Positions 17,379-26,177 of a DNA stretch of 64,000 nucleotides are shown piece after piece (within the stretch, counting starts at the first letter, position 1; every line of letters starts with the position of its first letter). The notes under the pieces are model-generated. The model was not told the DNA's origin, searched no databases, and was given only the letters and a program-made list of their open reading frames with translations. The position numbers and the translations under genes were made by a program. The stretch is from assembly GCA_045538105.1 (NCBI GenBank), contig JAZSQS010000035.1:4059-68058 (forward strand). Reading direction: 5' to 3'. Source of the stretch: Akkermansia sp. (GTDB lineage: Bacteria; Verrucomicrobiota; Verrucomicrobiia; Verrucomicrobiales; Akkermansiaceae).

Positions 17379-18488
17379 ATGAAAACCACCAGAGAACCTG
17401 TGGAAAATCCACTCTTCCTACAGGAGCAAATCATCACCTACCTGGGTAACAAGCGCCGCCTGCTCGACTTCATCGGGCAGGCTGTAATCCTGGTACGCAG
17501 GAAGCTGGGTGGAAAAAAACTGATCTGCTTTGACGCCTTCTCTGGTTCCGGAATTGTAAGCCGCTATCTCAAGCAGCACGCAGAATTACTCATTTCCAAT
17601 GACTTAGAGAGGTATGCAAGCATTCTGAACAGCTGCTACCTGGCCAATAGTGCAGAAGTTCAGGCAGCCGCCCTGCCAGAACTTCATGCCCAGTTGCTTG
17701 AGCGCATTCGAGAAACCGCTGCACCAGGCATTCTCGCAGAGGAATATGCCCCGCAGGATGACGCCCACATCCAACCGGGTGAACGAGTGTTCTATACCCG
17801 GTCCAATGCCATATACCTGGACACTGCCCGACGCTGCATTGACGAGCTACCCGAAAGAATCCGGCACTTTTTCCTCGCCCCCCTGCTCTACAAAGCCTCC
17901 GTGCATACTAACACGGCTGGGATTTTCAAGGGATTTTACAAAAACCGTGCCGGTATTGGCCAGTTTGGCGGCACAGGGGCCAACGCCCTGCAACGCATCA
18001 TGGCCCCCATCCAGCTACCCTTGCCCATTTTTTCCAACTTTGATTGTGAATACCAAGTGCTGCAAGATGATGCGGCAGCTGCCGCTGCCTCCCTGCCGGA
18101 GCTTGATTTTGCCTACCTTGACCCTCCATATAACCAGCATCCGTATGGTTCCAATTATTTCATGCTGAACCTGCTGCTAGACCACAAAAGGCCAGTGAGG
18201 GCCTCCCGCGTTTCCGGCATCCCTGCTGATTGGCACCGCTCAGCATACAACAAACGCCCGCTGGTCCAACAGGCACTCAACGAGCTTCTGCGCGTGCTCC
18301 CAGCCAAATACACGCTCATTTCCTACAATTCAGAAGGCTTCATTCCCCTGCCTGACATGCTGCACATGCTTGAGCAGCACGGCAAGGTTCACTACATGGA
18401 AACAGATTACGCCACTTTCCGCGGGTGCCGGAACCTGCGCGAGCGTTCTCTTTCCGTCAAAGAATATTTGTTCCTGCTGGAAAAATAG
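17379..18488 (+). CDS. DNA N6-adenine methyltransferase, Dam-like (D12 / alpha class)
   Basis: N-terminal YLGNKRRLL. AdoMet motif I FDAFSGSG. Motif IV DPPY (AYLDPPYNQHPYGSNYF) near the C-terminus, with a long variable region between them. Confidence 0.8.
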   Translation: MKTTREPVENPLFLQEQIITYLGNKRRLLDFIGQAVILVRRKLGGKKLICFDAFSGSGIVSRYLKQHAELLISNDLERYASILNSCYLANSAEVQAAALPELHAQLLERIRETAAPGILAEEYAPQDDAHIQPGERVFYTRSNAIYLDTARRCIDELPERIRHFFLAPLLYKASVHTNTAGIFKGFYKNRAGIGQFGGTGANALQRIMAPIQLPLPIFSNFDCEYQVLQDDAAAAAASLPELDFAYLDPPYNQHPYGSNYFMLNLLLDHKRPVRASRVSGIPADWHRSAYNKRPLVQQALNELLRVLPAKYTLISYNSEGFIPLPDMLHMLEQHGKVHYMETDYATFRGCRNLRERSLSVKEYLFLLEK

Positions 18489-18504
18489 GTGACGCAGAAC
18501 TTGC

Positions 18505-18532
18505 TTGACGCAAGCGTTGTATCAGGTATCAT
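18505..18532 (+). promoter_or_regulatory. sigma70-like promoter TTGACG-16-TATCAT
   Basis: -35 at 18505-18510 and -10 at 18527-18532, 6 nt before the GTG start at 18539. Confidence 0.35.
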
Positions 18533-18538
18533 GGGACT

Positions 18539-18910
18539 GTGAATTATCTACCAACAGTTTCCCGCCTTTGTGCCGGTCTGCTACTCCTTGTCCTCAGCAG
18601 CTGCAACCCGCAGACAACTGACCCAGACCAACTGAGACTCGCTCACGAACAAAACGCCGCATTGCGTCAGGAAATCATCCGCATGCAGCAGCTCATCAAG
18701 CAAGCCGGAGACATTGAACCCGGCCTGGCAGACACCATCTCGGCCAAAGAACAAGAACTTGCCAACCTGCTTCTCGAGCTCAAGAAAGTCAAGCGAGAGG
18801 AGACTGAAACCAAATTGCGGACCATCGAACTCCGCGACAGATTGGACGCATTCCGCTCCAATTTCCGCATCCTTCAAAACGAAACTGCCAACCTTCATAA
18901 ACGCGCATGA
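18539..18910 (+). CDS. small coiled-coil lipoprotein
   Basis: GTG start, lipobox LVLSSC, and the remainder heptad-like (ALRQEIIRMQQLIKQ..., ELANLLLELKKVKREE). Confidence 0.55.
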   Translation: MNYLPTVSRLCAGLLLLVLSSCNPQTTDPDQLRLAHEQNAALRQEIIRMQQLIKQAGDIEPGLADTISAKEQELANLLLELKKVKREETETKLRTIELRDRLDAFRSNFRILQNETANLHKRA

Positions 18911-19848
18911 GCGAGGAACCCGCACAAACCGGGCAGCACGAAACCATCACTGCCCCCGGCACTGAAAAACCTGCTGCAGATACCGCAGTGTCACCTCAGT
19001 CTGATTCCGGACAAGTAGAATCACCTTCCTCCAGCGCGGCCATCCCTGCTGAAAAGAAGAAGGTAAAGTGGGGTACCATCTGCCTGGATACCCTTCTGGT
19101 GCTGATGCTCATGGGAGCCATGGGCGGCGGTGCCTGGTTCATCAACAAGGAGTTGGAAAACTACCGTGTACCCACCCCCATGGAAACGGCGCAGGCAGAG
19201 CACCTGAAGCTCTGCAAGCAGCACGAATCCTTGCAGAATGAAGCCTACCAGGCAGATGAGCAGCTGCACATGCGTCAGCGCATTGTCAACCTTGACCTCC
19301 AAATTAAGGATATCCAGCGTCAGATTACGGAATGCAAACAAGCCGTGGAGGAAGAAAATTCACGCATCAGCTCCCTTCAGCGAGAAATCCGCCAGGAGGA
19401 CAAGACCTCCCGTACCGTCGCGAAGAACCTCATCATCGGCCTACCCATTGGCAACGCTGCCACCACCACAGGCAAAGCCTACCCAAACGCCACCATCCAC
19501 CGTCTGGAAAGAGGCCGCATTACCCTGCGAACCCCCTATGGGCAGTCCACATTCCCCTCTTCCCAGCTCGTCAAGGACAACCTCCCGGACATGGTGCGCT
19601 ACGCCTTCGGGCTTGATGACCTCATTGATATGAGTGATTTTGAGGCCGCTCCCAAAAAGCGCCGCAAAGGTAAGCTCATTACCCCCCGCAAAGCTCCCTT
19701 GAAGGTAACAGAACCATCCTACGAACCGGAATCAGCTCCTGTGGTAAACACGCAGGCTCCCAGCACTATCACCGTAGAGCCTGGTCTCACTCCTGAAGAT
19801 GACGGTTCCTGGCAAGCACCGCAAGAACCCCTGCCCATTGCCGAATAA
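18907..19848 (+). CDS. membrane-anchored coiled-coil protein
   Basis: Start overlaps the previous stop (ATGA). One TM helix (ICLDTLLVLMLMGAMGGGAWFI), a coiled-coil segment, and a Pro-rich tail. Confidence 0.6.
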   Translation: MSEEPAQTGQHETITAPGTEKPAADTAVSPQSDSGQVESPSSSAAIPAEKKKVKWGTICLDTLLVLMLMGAMGGGAWFINKELENYRVPTPMETAQAEHLKLCKQHESLQNEAYQADEQLHMRQRIVNLDLQIKDIQRQITECKQAVEEENSRISSLQREIRQEDKTSRTVAKNLIIGLPIGNAATTTGKAYPNATIHRLERGRITLRTPYGQSTFPSSQLVKDNLPDMVRYAFGLDDLIDMSDFEAAPKKRRKGKLITPRKAPLKVTEPSYEPESAPVVNTQAPSTITVEPGLTPEDDGSWQAPQEPLPIAE

Positions 19849-19880
19849 ATCAATTCTCTCCCCCTAGTATTTGATGTAAC

Positions 19881-19917
19881 AAAATCCCGGTGCGTACATG
19901 GTACGCACCGGGATTTT
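19881..19917. terminator. bidirectional terminator
   Basis: 17-bp perfect stem AAAATCCCGGTGCGTAC / GTACGCACCGGGATTTT with A/T runs on both sides, between convergent genes. Confidence 0.75.
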
Positions 19918-19937
19918 CACAATGAGCAGAAGAGTGA

Positions 19938-21068
19938 TTACTTCTTCTTGCGGCAGCAGCCCTTCTTCTTGGGCGCGGCAGCCTCTGCCTTGGGAGCGAG
20001 GGTGCGGTTCATCTGCTTCCAGCTCCAGTCCCAGCGGGTCAGAGAGGTAAAGCAAGCCGTCAAAAGATTCACACTGGCATCAATATCCACCTTGTGAGCC
20101 ATTTCAATACTCTGGTGCACGTTACGCACAGGAATGGAAATGGCACCAGTAATGGAACCACCAGCAGTAAACTTCTGCATGGCTCCCGCATCCGTACCAC
20201 CTGCGGCAAGCAACTCCAGCTGGTAGGGAATCTCACCCTCCTGGCAAAGAGCCGTCATGAACTTCACCATGCGGGGGTCCGTAATGAGCGTACCATCATA
20301 CACCTTCACTGCCGTACCCTTGCCCAGCACCGTGCACTTGTCATGCGCGCCACTACCGGGGGTATCAAACGCAATGGTCACGTCCAGGGCAAAGGCAAAA
20401 TCCGGGTTGATAGCGAGTGTGGCAGCATGGGCACCACGCAGTCCCACTTCCTCCTGCACCGTAAACACGGCATACAAATCATAGTCGGGCAGGTCTCCGC
20501 TGGCCTTGATTGCGCGCACCGCCTCAATCAGCATGTAGCAACCACCTCGGTTATCAATACTCTTCACATTCAGGCAGTCACCCATTTCCACCAGGTCACC
20601 GATACGGGTGATGGAATCCCCAATGGAAACATACTTCTCCACCTCCTCCTTGCTCATACCCAAATCCACCACATAGTCAGTCACCTGGGGCATCTTCGTG
20701 CGCTCCTCCGGGCTCATCACGTGAATGGGCTTCACCCCCATGCAACCGGGCAGATCCTTAGTACCATGCACCACCACACGCTGGGCGGTGAGAGTCTTCG
20801 GGTCAAATCCACCCAAGGGCAGGATACGGATGAAACCGTTATCATCAATATGGCGTACAATAAAGCCGATTTCATCCATATGAGCAGCGCACATAATGCT
20901 CTTTTCAGAGCATTTACCCTTAATCAGAGCCACCACGTTGCCCACATTGTCAACCTTGATTTCATCAGCCAGCGGGGTCATCTCCTGGATGACCAGCTCG
21001 CGGATGCCATACTCAAAACCGGGAGCCCCGGTTGCCTCGCAGAGGTCTTTGAAGAGCTGGATGTTCAT
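19938..21068 (-). CDS. M42-family aminopeptidase (FrvX/PepA/CelM-like) with polybasic Cys-containing tail
   Basis: HMDEIGF and VQEEVGLRGA metal-ligand motifs. Start at MNIQLFKDL is supported by a promoter ending 7 nt upstream. Tail is APKKKGCCRKKK. Confidence 0.85.
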   Translation of the reverse strand: MNIQLFKDLCEATGAPGFEYGIRELVIQEMTPLADEIKVDNVGNVVALIKGKCSEKSIMCAAHMDEIGFIVRHIDDNGFIRILPLGGFDPKTLTAQRVVVHGTKDLPGCMGVKPIHVMSPEERTKMPQVTDYVVDLGMSKEEVEKYVSIGDSITRIGDLVEMGDCLNVKSIDNRGGCYMLIEAVRAIKASGDLPDYDLYAVFTVQEEVGLRGAHAATLAINPDFAFALDVTIAFDTPGSGAHDKCTVLGKGTAVKVYDGTLITDPRMVKFMTALCQEGEIPYQLELLAAGGTDAGAMQKFTAGGSITGAISIPVRNVHQSIEMAHKVDIDASVNLLTACFTSLTRWDWSWKQMNRTLAPKAEAAAPKKKGCCRKKK

Positions 21069-21075
21069 GGCGCCT

Positions 21076-21104
21076 ACTTTACTCCATTCACCCCGGCTTG
21101 GCAA
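21076..21104 (-). promoter_or_regulatory. sigma70-like promoter TTGCCA-17-TAAAGT (leaderless configuration)
   Basis: -35 at 21099-21104 and -10 at 21076-21081, 7 nt to ATG 21068. Confidence 0.5.
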
Positions 21105-21197
21105 GGCCAGACTAACTTTCTGACACCCTTTTTGCTCACCGCAACCCCGAATGCTTCAAAATTCCCCATCTCAACCACCTGCACGCGCATTCCTACC

Positions 21198-21225
21198 TTG
21201 CAATGAGAAGGTAATCTGCTATGAT
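21198..21225 (+). promoter_or_regulatory. sigma70-like promoter TTGCAA-16-TATGAT (leaderless configuration)
   Basis: -35 at 21198-21203 and -10 at 21220-21225, 6 nt to ATG 21232. Confidence 0.5.
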
Positions 21226-21231
21226 ACAGGC

Positions 21232-22626
21232 ATGAACCGCTTGCCGATTCCTCAATACGTGATGGCCCTGGCACATGTGGCCGCCCTGCGCTCAGAAGAC
21301 CCCTACCGCAAAGTAGGCGCCGCTGCGCTGGATAAGGACAACCGAGTCATCGGCACGGCATACAACGGACTCTTCCCGGGATTTGTCGCACCGGACGGGT
21401 TCTGGGCATCGCGCGATGAGCGGCAGAAATACATGCTGCACGCAGAAATCAACCTTTGCAGCCTCTTCAAGCGCGGTGAAGCCCGCATCGTGGCCTGCAC
21501 CACCATGCCGTGCACCTCCTGCATGCAGGCACTCTGCGCGCACGGCGTGAAGAAAATATACTACGGCGAAGACTACGCCGCCTCCCAGGCACCAGCCATT
21601 GCAGCCATGTACGGAGTGGAACTCATCAAGGTGGAGGACTATCCATTCTCCCAGCGTTTCCCACTGGTAGCCCCGAAAGCAGACGAACCGGCGTACGAAT
21701 GCAGCGCGGAGCCCCGCCAGGAACTGGAAGACCGCGCCAGGGGCTGCCTCATGGGATTAATGTGCGGCGATGCCCTGGGAGCCCCGCTGGAGTTCCACAG
21801 TCCCAGCGATGTATGCAGCCACTATCCCGGAGGCGTTACCACCATGGTAAGCGGCTGGGGAGCAACCGATACCCGCCAGGCTGGAGAAATCACTGATGAT
21901 TCAGAAATGGCCATTGCCCTACTCCGCAGCCTACTCAACGAAAATGGTTTCAATGCCATGGCCACCCACGCCCAATACATCGACTGGCTCTCCACTGACC
22001 CTGATGACGTGGGCATAACCACCCGAACCGGGCTCAACGGGCGTTACAATGCAGATTCTCAAGCCAACGGAGCCCTCATGCGCGTGGCACCCATTGCTAT
22101 TTACGCAGCCCTGCACCCAGAGTGGGACTGGCAGACAGCCGCCGTAAAAGAGGGAAAAATCACCCACATCCACCCGCGCTGCACCAATGCCAACGTCATA
22201 TTCGTGGAATCCCTCATCCTGGCTCTGCAGGGCTACAGTCCTCAGCAGATATACACCACCGCCTGTAACCGCGCCGAGGAACTGAACGACGTGGCCCTGC
22301 TCAGCCGTCTGCGAGCCGCTGAAACAGAGGAACCGGTGTACCACCCCCATGCGGGCTGGGTGGAAATCGCTTTTCAATGTGCCTATTACTGGCTGTTGCA
22401 TGCCACGGATTACCCCTCTGCCCTATGCAGTGTTGTGAATAAATTGGGTGATCCGGACACGAATGGAGCCATCACCGGAGCTCTGCTCGGGGCGGTGTAC
22501 GGCCAATGCGGAATTCCACACGAATGGCAAGAAGACGTGCTCAACTGCCGCAGCGAACGCCCCACCCGCTACCGCGCCGCCCGCGGCATGGACTTATTGG
22601 AAGAACTTTTCGAACAGGCCCGATGA
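21232..22626 (+). CDS. fusion protein: CMP/dCMP deaminase domain + ADP-ribosylglycohydrolase (ARH/DraG family) domain
   Basis: N-terminal zinc deaminase motifs HAEINL and PCTSCMQALCAHG. C-terminal ARH motifs GDALGAPLEF, DDSEMAIAL and GDPDTNGAITGALLGAVYG. Confidence 0.75.
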   Translation: MNRLPIPQYVMALAHVAALRSEDPYRKVGAAALDKDNRVIGTAYNGLFPGFVAPDGFWASRDERQKYMLHAEINLCSLFKRGEARIVACTTMPCTSCMQALCAHGVKKIYYGEDYAASQAPAIAAMYGVELIKVEDYPFSQRFPLVAPKADEPAYECSAEPRQELEDRARGCLMGLMCGDALGAPLEFHSPSDVCSHYPGGVTTMVSGWGATDTRQAGEITDDSEMAIALLRSLLNENGFNAMATHAQYIDWLSTDPDDVGITTRTGLNGRYNADSQANGALMRVAPIAIYAALHPEWDWQTAAVKEGKITHIHPRCTNANVIFVESLILALQGYSPQQIYTTACNRAEELNDVALLSRLRAAETEEPVYHPHAGWVEIAFQCAYYWLLHATDYPSALCSVVNKLGDPDTNGAITGALLGAVYGQCGIPHEWQEDVLNCRSERPTRYRAARGMDLLEELFEQAR

Positions 22627-23642
22627 GTACACCCCTGCTCCAGGTTCGTGACCTCACGGTAGAGTTCCACTCCCGCGCCGGAGTGAACTACGCCGTCAAC
22701 GGCGTCTCCTTTGACCTGCACGCGGGAGAAACACTCGGCATCGTGGGCGAATCCGGTTCCGGCAAATCAGTCACATGCTCCACCCTCATGGGGCTGCTGC
22801 CCAGCCCGCCAGCGCGCATCGGCCAACATTCCCGCGCATGGTTCGATGGCGTTGACCTGCTGCACGCCTCGGAGAAAGCCCATGCAGCCATGCGAGGCAA
22901 GCGCATCTCCATGATTTTCCAGGATCCCATGACCTGCCTGAATCCCTGCATGAGTATCGGTGACCAAGTAGCAGAACCCCTAGTGCTGCACCAAGGGCTC
23001 AGCTGGCGCGAAGCGCGCCGCCTCGCCGTGGAGGAACTCGCCCGCACCGGCATACCCGACCCTGAAACGCGAGCCCTGGCCTACCCGCATGAATTCTCCG
23101 GCGGTATGCGCCAGCGCGTCATGATTGCCATGGCGCTCATCACCCGCCCGCAAGTCCTCATTGCTGATGAACCCACCACCGCGCTAGATGTCACTGTTCA
23201 AAAACAGGTACTCGACCTCCTCCGCGCTCGCCAGCAGGAACTTGGCACTGCCATCATCCTCATCACCCACGACCTGGGCGTCGTGCGGCAATATGCCCAC
23301 CGCATCCAGGTCATGTATGCCGGCAGCATCGTGGAAAGCGCACCGGCAGAAGCACTCATCCGCCACCCGCAGCACGCCTACACGCGTGCCCTCATGGCCT
23401 CCATCCCCAGCGCAGCAGATAAGGGAAGCCGCCTCCAAACTATCCCCGGTCTGCCGCCTACCCTGCGGAAACCTGTCACCGGCTGCGCCTTCCGTCCACG
23501 CAACACCGTTGGCAACCCCAACCTCTGCCTCACGGACAGCATCCCCGAACTTGTTGAATTTGCTCCAGGACACTGGGTGCGGAACTGCCCCGGTTGCCTG
23601 GTGTCATCTCAAAATCATTCTAACCAGCCGCAAACACCATGA
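22623..23642 (+). CDS. ABC transporter ATP-binding protein, OppD/OppF (peptide/nickel) type
   Basis: Walker A GESGSGKS, signature FSGGMRQR, Walker [12 protein letters not shown], and an Opp-type C-terminal extension (GCAFRPR...CPGC). ATG 22623 overlaps the preceding stop (ATGA). Confidence 0.9.
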   Translation: MSTPLLQVRDLTVEFHSRAGVNYAVNGVSFDLHAGETLGIVGESGSGKSVTCSTLMGLLPSPPARIGQHSRAWFDGVDLLHASEKAHAAMRGKRISMIFQDPMTCLNPCMSIGDQVAEPLVLHQGLSWREARRLAVEELARTGIPDPETRALAYPHEFSGGMRQRVMIAMALITRPQVLIADEPTTALDVTVQKQVLDLLRARQQELGTAIILITHDLGVVRQYAHRIQVMYAGSIVESAPAEALIRHPQHAYTRALMASIPSAADKGSRLQTIPGLPPTLRKPVTGCAFRPRNTVGNPNLCLTDSIPELVEFAPGHWVRNCPGCLVSSQNHSNQPQTP

Positions 23643-24655
23643 AAAAAATCATTATTCCATTTCTCATAGCCTTATTAAGTATCATCTGTTTGTGTACAGC
23701 AAACGCCCAGGAATCACAAGGCTCGACTTCCCTCCAGACGGCAGCAACAGCCCTGCCGCAGGAGAAGGAGAGTCAGGATACTTCTTCCGGTGCCGCCAGC
23801 GAAAGCTCAAATACTTTCCCCCAGCGGAAGGAAGAAACCAAATACTGGCACATTGTCTTCCAGATTATCGCCATTGCATGGACAATCAGCCTCCCCATCA
23901 TGGGCGTACTGTACTTCATCGAATTTCGGCGAAAATGGGAAGATTTGCCTGCCGGCGAACAAAAAAACTGGACACGTGAAGCCACCCGACAGGAATTTAA
24001 TGATTTGCATGCCATCTTTGATGCTCGGAAAGAATTCGAAGTAGTGCCGGAAGGAGAAAAAACACCGGTGCTGAAGAAGTTAATTTCATCACGCCACGAG
24101 GTTATTGCCGGCTACAAAGAATTAAAAGTGCTCAAGTTCCTGCCCGAATTGAATCCTGATGAAATTGCATGTCTGAACGAATATGGCCAGGCGTTGAACC
24201 ACGCGCAGCAACGCGAAATGGCATCATCAGAAAAGGTACTCGGTGCAGTTACGGCCTTGTGCGTGTTGTTCTGCGTCTTGAGCTTCTCCTTGGGAGGGCT
24301 GATTTTCCTGCCTGTTTTCGCAGCTTCGTACATGATGCCGAATTACATGAAATGTAATGGCATGCCATGGTTCCTGGCTCTTTCCAACTTCCTGGTCAAG
24401 GCCGCCACATTCTCTTCAGCCACACTGATTGTCGGCATGATGACGATTCCCGAATCCACAACTGTTACAAGAACAACCGTTATCCGGGCTAATGGAACCA
24501 GTTCTTCTTGGGAAGTAGAAGACCTTCCCATGGATTCCATCTTATTCAAGGCCATGGCCGTTGTATTGATTTGCGCGTTCATCCTTTTCTCTCCTATCGT
24601 GATTATGTTCCTCTCCACCATCGGGTTCATACGCCACTACCTGATGGACAAATAA
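23639..24655 (+). CDS. membrane protein, unknown function
   Basis: Start overlaps the preceding stop (ATGA). Signal peptide plus about 4 hydrophobic helices. AT-richer than its neighbours. Confidence 0.6.
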   Translation: MKKIIIPFLIALLSIICLCTANAQESQGSTSLQTAATALPQEKESQDTSSGAASESSNTFPQRKEETKYWHIVFQIIAIAWTISLPIMGVLYFIEFRRKWEDLPAGEQKNWTREATRQEFNDLHAIFDARKEFEVVPEGEKTPVLKKLISSRHEVIAGYKELKVLKFLPELNPDEIACLNEYGQALNHAQQREMASSEKVLGAVTALCVLFCVLSFSLGGLIFLPVFAASYMMPNYMKCNGMPWFLALSNFLVKAATFSSATLIVGMMTIPESTTVTRTTVIRANGTSSSWEVEDLPMDSILFKAMAVVLICAFILFSPIVIMFLSTIGFIRHYLMDK

Positions 24656-24700
24656 CATACCACTGGTACCAGGAACACACTAACAATTACACCTAACTCA

Positions 24701-24729
24701 TTGCATAACAAATCAACTGGGAATAAAAT
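24701..24729 (+). promoter_or_regulatory. sigma70-like promoter TTGCAT-17-TAAAAT (leaderless configuration)
   Basis: -35 at 24701-24706 and -10 at 24724-24729, 8 nt to ATG 24738. Confidence 0.55.
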
Positions 24730-24737
24730 CCCAGTCT

Positions 24738-26177
24738 ATGAACCACAATCTCACCACGGCTGCCGGCATTCCGGTACCCGATAACAACCGCTCACTCACC
24801 GCGGGGCCTCGTGGTCCCATGCTCATGCAGGACACATGGCTCTTCGAAAAGCTCAGCCACCTGAACCGCGAAGTCATTCCGGAGCGCCGCATGCACGCCA
24901 AGGGCTTCGGAGCATTCGGCGTATTCCGCGTCACAAATGATATCACGCGCTACACCTGTGCCGATTTGTTCTCCTCCATTGGCAAGGAAACAGAGGTCTT
25001 TGTGCGCTTCTCCACGGTGGCGGGTGAGCGCGGAGCCGCAGATGCAGAGCGCGATATCCGCGGCTTTGCCGTCAAGTTCTACACCCACCAGGGAAACTGG
25101 GACCTGGTAGGCAACAACACGCCCGTCTTCTTCCTGCGGGACCCGCGCAAATTTGCCGACCTGAACCACGCCATCAAGCGCCACCCCGCCAGCGGACTGC
25201 ACAGCCCCTCTGCCAACTGGGATTTCTGGACCTCCCTGCCTGAAGCCTTCCACCAGGTCACCATCGTGATGAGCGACCGCGGCATCCCGGATGGTTTCCG
25301 GCATATGCACGGATTCGGCAGTCACACCTTCTCGCTCATCAACGCCCGGAACGAGCGCATCTGGTGCAAGTTCCACTGGCGCTGCCAACAGGGCATCCGC
25401 AACCTGACCGATGCCCAGGCTGCCGCACTCATTGCCGCAGACCGTGACAGCTCCGGTTCCGACCTCTACCGAGCCATTGAGCAAGGGCGATTCCCGAAAT
25501 GGACGCTCTGCATCCAGGTCATGACCGACGCAGAGGCCGCCGATTTCCCCTTCAACCCCTTTGATTTGACCAAGGTGTGGCCGCATGGGGATTTTCCGCT
25601 CATCGAGGTGGGTGAAATGGTGCTCAACCGCAATCCGCAAAACTATTTTGCAGAAGTGGAGCAAGCCGCCTTCAACCCCGCGCAGGTGGTGCCGGGTATC
25701 AGCTTCTCCCCGGATAAGATGCTGCAAGGCCGCCTCTTTGCCTATGGGGATGCACAGCGTTACCGCCTGGGGGTGAACCACCACCTCATTCCGGTAAACC
25801 GCCCCCGCTGCCCCTTCCACAGCTTCCACCGCGATGGGCAGATGCGTACAGATGGCAACCTGGGTGGCACCCTCAGCTACGAGCCCAATAGTTACCACGA
25901 ATGGCAGGAACAGCCCCAGTTCACCGAACCTCCCCAGCATATCTGCGGAGACTCCGGCCACTGGGACTATGCCAATGATGATGATGACTACTTCGCCCAG
26001 CCCCGTGCCCTGTTCCTGCTCATGAATGCAGCGCAGCGCCAGGCGCTCTTTGAGAACACCGCACGCGCCATGGCCGACGTGCCGGAGTTCATCCGCCAGC
26101 GTCATCTGGAGCACTGCTTCCGCTGCCATAAGGATTATGGCGAGGGTGTGGCAGCGGCTTTCGCCGCAACGTCCTGA
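24738..26177 (+). CDS. katA: monofunctional haem catalase (small-subunit type)
   Basis: [18 protein letters not shown] (distal His region), [14 protein letters not shown] (proximal Tyr region), 479 aa. Confidence 0.95.
   Translation: MNHNLTTAAGIPVPDNNRSLTAGPRGPMLMQDTWLFEKLSHLNREVIPERRMHAKGFGAFGVFRVTNDITRYTCADLFSSIGKETEVFVRFSTVAGERGAADAERDIRGFAVKFYTHQGNWDLVGNNTPVFFLRDPRKFADLNHAIKRHPASGLHSPSANWDFWTSLPEAFHQVTIVMSDRGIPDGFRHMHGFGSHTFSLINARNERIWCKFHWRCQQGIRNLTDAQAAALIAADRDSSGSDLYRAIEQGRFPKWTLCIQVMTDAEAADFPFNPFDLTKVWPHGDFPLIEVGEMVLNRNPQNYFAEVEQAAFNPAQVVPGISFSPDKMLQGRLFAYGDAQRYRLGVNHHLIPVNRPRCPFHSFHRDGQMRTDGNLGGTLSYEPNSYHEWQEQPQFTEPPQHICGDSGHWDYANDDDDYFAQPRALFLLMNAAQRQALFENTARAMADVPEFIRQRHLEHCFRCHKDYGEGVAAAFAATS

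Noticed and set aside
17379-19848. Restriction-modification or other defence operon (methylase plus two downstream genes)
   Set aside because: The downstream ORFs are a coiled-coil lipoprotein and a membrane-anchored coiled-coil protein with no nuclease, helicase or ATPase motif. A separate promoter precedes them.
20094-21206. 370-aa ORF antisense to the M42 peptidase gene. Similar shadow ORFs occur at 8036-8758, 10129-10839, 41202-42365, 44665-45249, 62825-63448 and 63234-63917.
   Set aside because: Each lies opposite a gene with clear family motifs and has no motif, promoter or sensible start context of its own.
22506-22622. N-terminal extension of the ABC ATPase ORF (Arg/Pro-rich 39 aa)
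   Set aside because: It overlaps the 3' end of the upstream gene in another frame. The conserved ATPase N-terminus ([15 protein letters not shown]) starts at ATG 22623, which forms an ATGA overlap with the upstream stop.
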